This document shows positions 62,613-64,000 of a DNA stretch of 64,000 nt, piece after piece. Under the pieces are notes generated by a model. That model ran no database searches. It had not been told where the DNA came from and saw only the letters and a program-made list of their open reading frames with translations. Position 1 is the first letter of the stretch. The number at the start of each line of letters is the position of its first letter. Both the position numbers and the translations under genes were made by a program. Origin of the DNA: Magnetococcales bacterium (GTDB taxonomy: Bacteria > Pseudomonadota > Magnetococcia > Magnetococcales > DC0425bin3); NCBI GenBank assembly GCA_015231175.1, contig JADGBZ010000003.1:26463-90462 (forward strand), in the 5' to 3' direction.

Positions 62613-64000
62613 ATGCATGACAAGGGGTCACCTTTTTTCTGGGGGAAGAGACAGGACATTTCCGGGCACATTCATTGGCACCCATTGGTTCACCACTGTC
62701 TGGAGGTGGCCAGCGTCGTCCACGCCCTGCTGGATACGACCGTGCTGCGCAAACGTCTGGCCATGGCAGTCGATCTGGAGGATCTCACCCATGGTCAAAT
62801 GGCGCGTCTCGCTGTCATGGCTGCCCTGCACGATGCCGGAAAGTTCAATCTTGGGTTTCAGGAGCAGTATGATCCGCAGGAACACAATCGTCATCGTTCC
62901 CATGGCCACATACGGGAAATCTTCAAATTGCTCATGGAACACCCCCGGGCCGAAGAGGGGTACACCCATATGCAACTGGAGGCGCTGGACAGTTGGTTGC
63001 GACATGACGATCCGGATGAATTGGTTTATTGGTTGTGGGCCATATTTTGTCATCATGGGCGCCCTCTGCCCGGGGACAGAATAACATCGGGCAGCCCCGA
63101 CAAACGGCTTTTGGATCAAATCAGCCCCAAAATATGGGAACAAAATGCCCGGTGGGATCCCCTGTCCGGGCTGAAAACATTGATCTCGGCGCTGGATACG
63201 CATTTTCCAGAGGCTTTTGCCGCAACAACACATGACCAACTCCCCATATCCCCGCCCATGCAGCACCTTTTCAATGGGCTGGTCACCCTGGCCGATTGGA
63301 TCGGCTCCGATGCCGAACGTTTTTTTCCCTTTGCCGCCGATACTGCCCTCCCCTCCCCTGCGGCATTGCGGCACAAGGCCCATCACGCCTTGCATGCCAT
63401 GGGTTGCGACGTGACGGCGGCGCGCAGACATATCCTTGAACAAGACATCGATTCGGCAACCATGTTCGATTATCCATCGCCCAACGCCATGCAACGCAGC
63501 GTGCGGGAATTGCCGTCGGCTGCCTCGGGAAACATCACCATCCTTGAGGCGGAAACCGGATCGGGTAAAACGGAGGCGGCCCTGATCCATTTTTTCGAGC
63601 TGTTCCGAAACGGTCTGGTGGATGGCCTGTACTTTGCGCTGCCCACCCGGGCTGCGGCGGTGCAGATCCATGCCCGGGTCAACCGGGCTGTGGAGCGAGC
63701 TCTGGGGCCGGCGCATCCACCGGTCGTCCTGGCGGTGCCGGGCTATATCCAGGTGGATGCAGTACAGGGCCGCCGCCTGGAAGGGTTTGAAATTCACTGG
63801 CCCGAAGATCAGAAGCGTTATCGCTATCGGGGTTGGGCGGCGGAACATCCGAAGCGCTATCTGGCGGCGACCATCGCCGTGGGAACGGTGGACCAGGCGC
63901 TCATGTCGGCGCTCGCCGTGTCGCACGCCCATATGCGGGCGACCGCTTTGAGCCGCCTGCTCCTGGTGGTGGATGAGGTCCACGCCTCGGATGCCTACAT
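62613..64000 (+). CDS. cas3: CRISPR-associated Cas3 (HD nuclease + DEAD/DEAH helicase), 3' end runs off the window
   Basis: My own translation from the ATG at 62613 is open to 64000 (462 codons). MHDKGSPFFWGKRQDISGHIHWHPLVHHCLEVASVV, HDAGKF, FCHHGRP (HD domain). ILEAETGSGKTEAAL (motif I), VVDEVHASDAY (motif II). Absent from the ORF track, which lists only the wrong-frame 62617-63084 ORF and a long antisense ORF here. Confidence 0.85.
   Translation, partial: MHDKGSPFFWGKRQDISGHIHWHPLVHHCLEVASVVHALLDTTVLRKRLAMAVDLEDLTHGQMARLAVMAALHDAGKFNLGFQEQYDPQEHNRHRSHGHIREIFKLLMEHPRAEEGYTHMQLEALDSWLRHDDPDELVYWLWAIFCHHGRPLPGDRITSGSPDKRLLDQISPKIWEQNARWDPLSGLKTLISALDTHFPEAFAATTHDQLPISPPMQHLFNGLVTLADWIGSDAERFFPFAADTALPSPAALRHKAHHALHAMGCDVTAARRHILEQDIDSATMFDYPSPNAMQRSVRELPSAASGNITILEAETGSGKTEAALIHFFELFRNGLVDGLYFALPTRAAAVQIHARVNRAVERALGPAHPPVVLAVPGYIQVDAVQGRRLEGFEIHWPEDQKRYRYRGWAAEHPKRYLAATIAVGTVDQALMSALAVSHAHMRATALSRLLLVVDEVHASDAY

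Noticed and set aside
62628-63983. 451-aa minus-strand ORF and the 155-aa plus-strand ORF at 62617-63084
   Set aside because: The plus-strand frame starting at 62613 encodes an unmistakable Cas3 HD-helicase. These two track ORFs are the antisense frame and a +1 frame of that gene.

Overview
64 kb of gene-dense, moderately GC-rich bacterial chromosome with about 55 protein genes and one tRNA. All calls come from reading the sequence and ORF translations; no searches were run.

Left third:
- An ABC exporter truncated by the window start.
- A phosphorelay cluster: a hybrid HK-Hpt, REC-PP2C, REC-HK and a 916-aa MBL / 2x cNMP-binding / hemerythrin protein.
- cheV.
- A 2-oxoacid:ferredoxin oxidoreductase operon (gamma, alpha, beta, plus a GltD-like flavoprotein carrying the 2x[4Fe-4S] module).
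- A sigma-54 activator next to a degenerate kinase.
- Housekeeping genes: FAH, PHP, M20 peptidase, tRNA-Glu(CUC), metG, prfC.

Middle:
- A GAF-HD-GYP + CHASE2-cyclase operon.
- A roughly 19 kb, 17-gene minus-strand MSHA-type type IV pilus cluster (33852-53162). It has several unusual members: a tandemly duplicated c-di-GMP-binding MshEN module in the ATPase, a TPR protein with three SPOR domains, an orphan HigA-like HTH, and two paralogous PilX/MshP-like proteins, one interrupted by three (GKDD)n arrays.

Right:
- A thioredoxin-like protein with a permease, and a likely PPi-dependent PFK.
- An 1179-aa CHAT-P-loop-TPR (STAND-like) protein, the best candidate here for an uncharacterised conflict/defence protein.
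- An MCP-rhodanese-thioredoxin unit.
- A cas3 gene truncated by the window end.

Non-genic structure:
- At least 10 copies of a hairpin-rich repeat family. The full form is 147 bp with perfect 17-bp terminal inverted repeats, and the two intact copies differ by compensatory base-pair changes.
- A GTGCCAAA array in the metG / HD-GYP divergent region.
- Three separate tandem duplications with periods of 42, 57 and 66 bp.

The supplied ORF track omits both edge-truncated genes (the ABC exporter at 1-1560 and cas3 at 62613-64000). It also inflates several N-termini by reading through repeat copies.

The organism cannot be identified without a search. The gene content (POR, hemerythrin, heavy chemotaxis and second-messenger signalling) fits a microaerophilic or anaerobic aquatic proteobacterium, but that is speculation.
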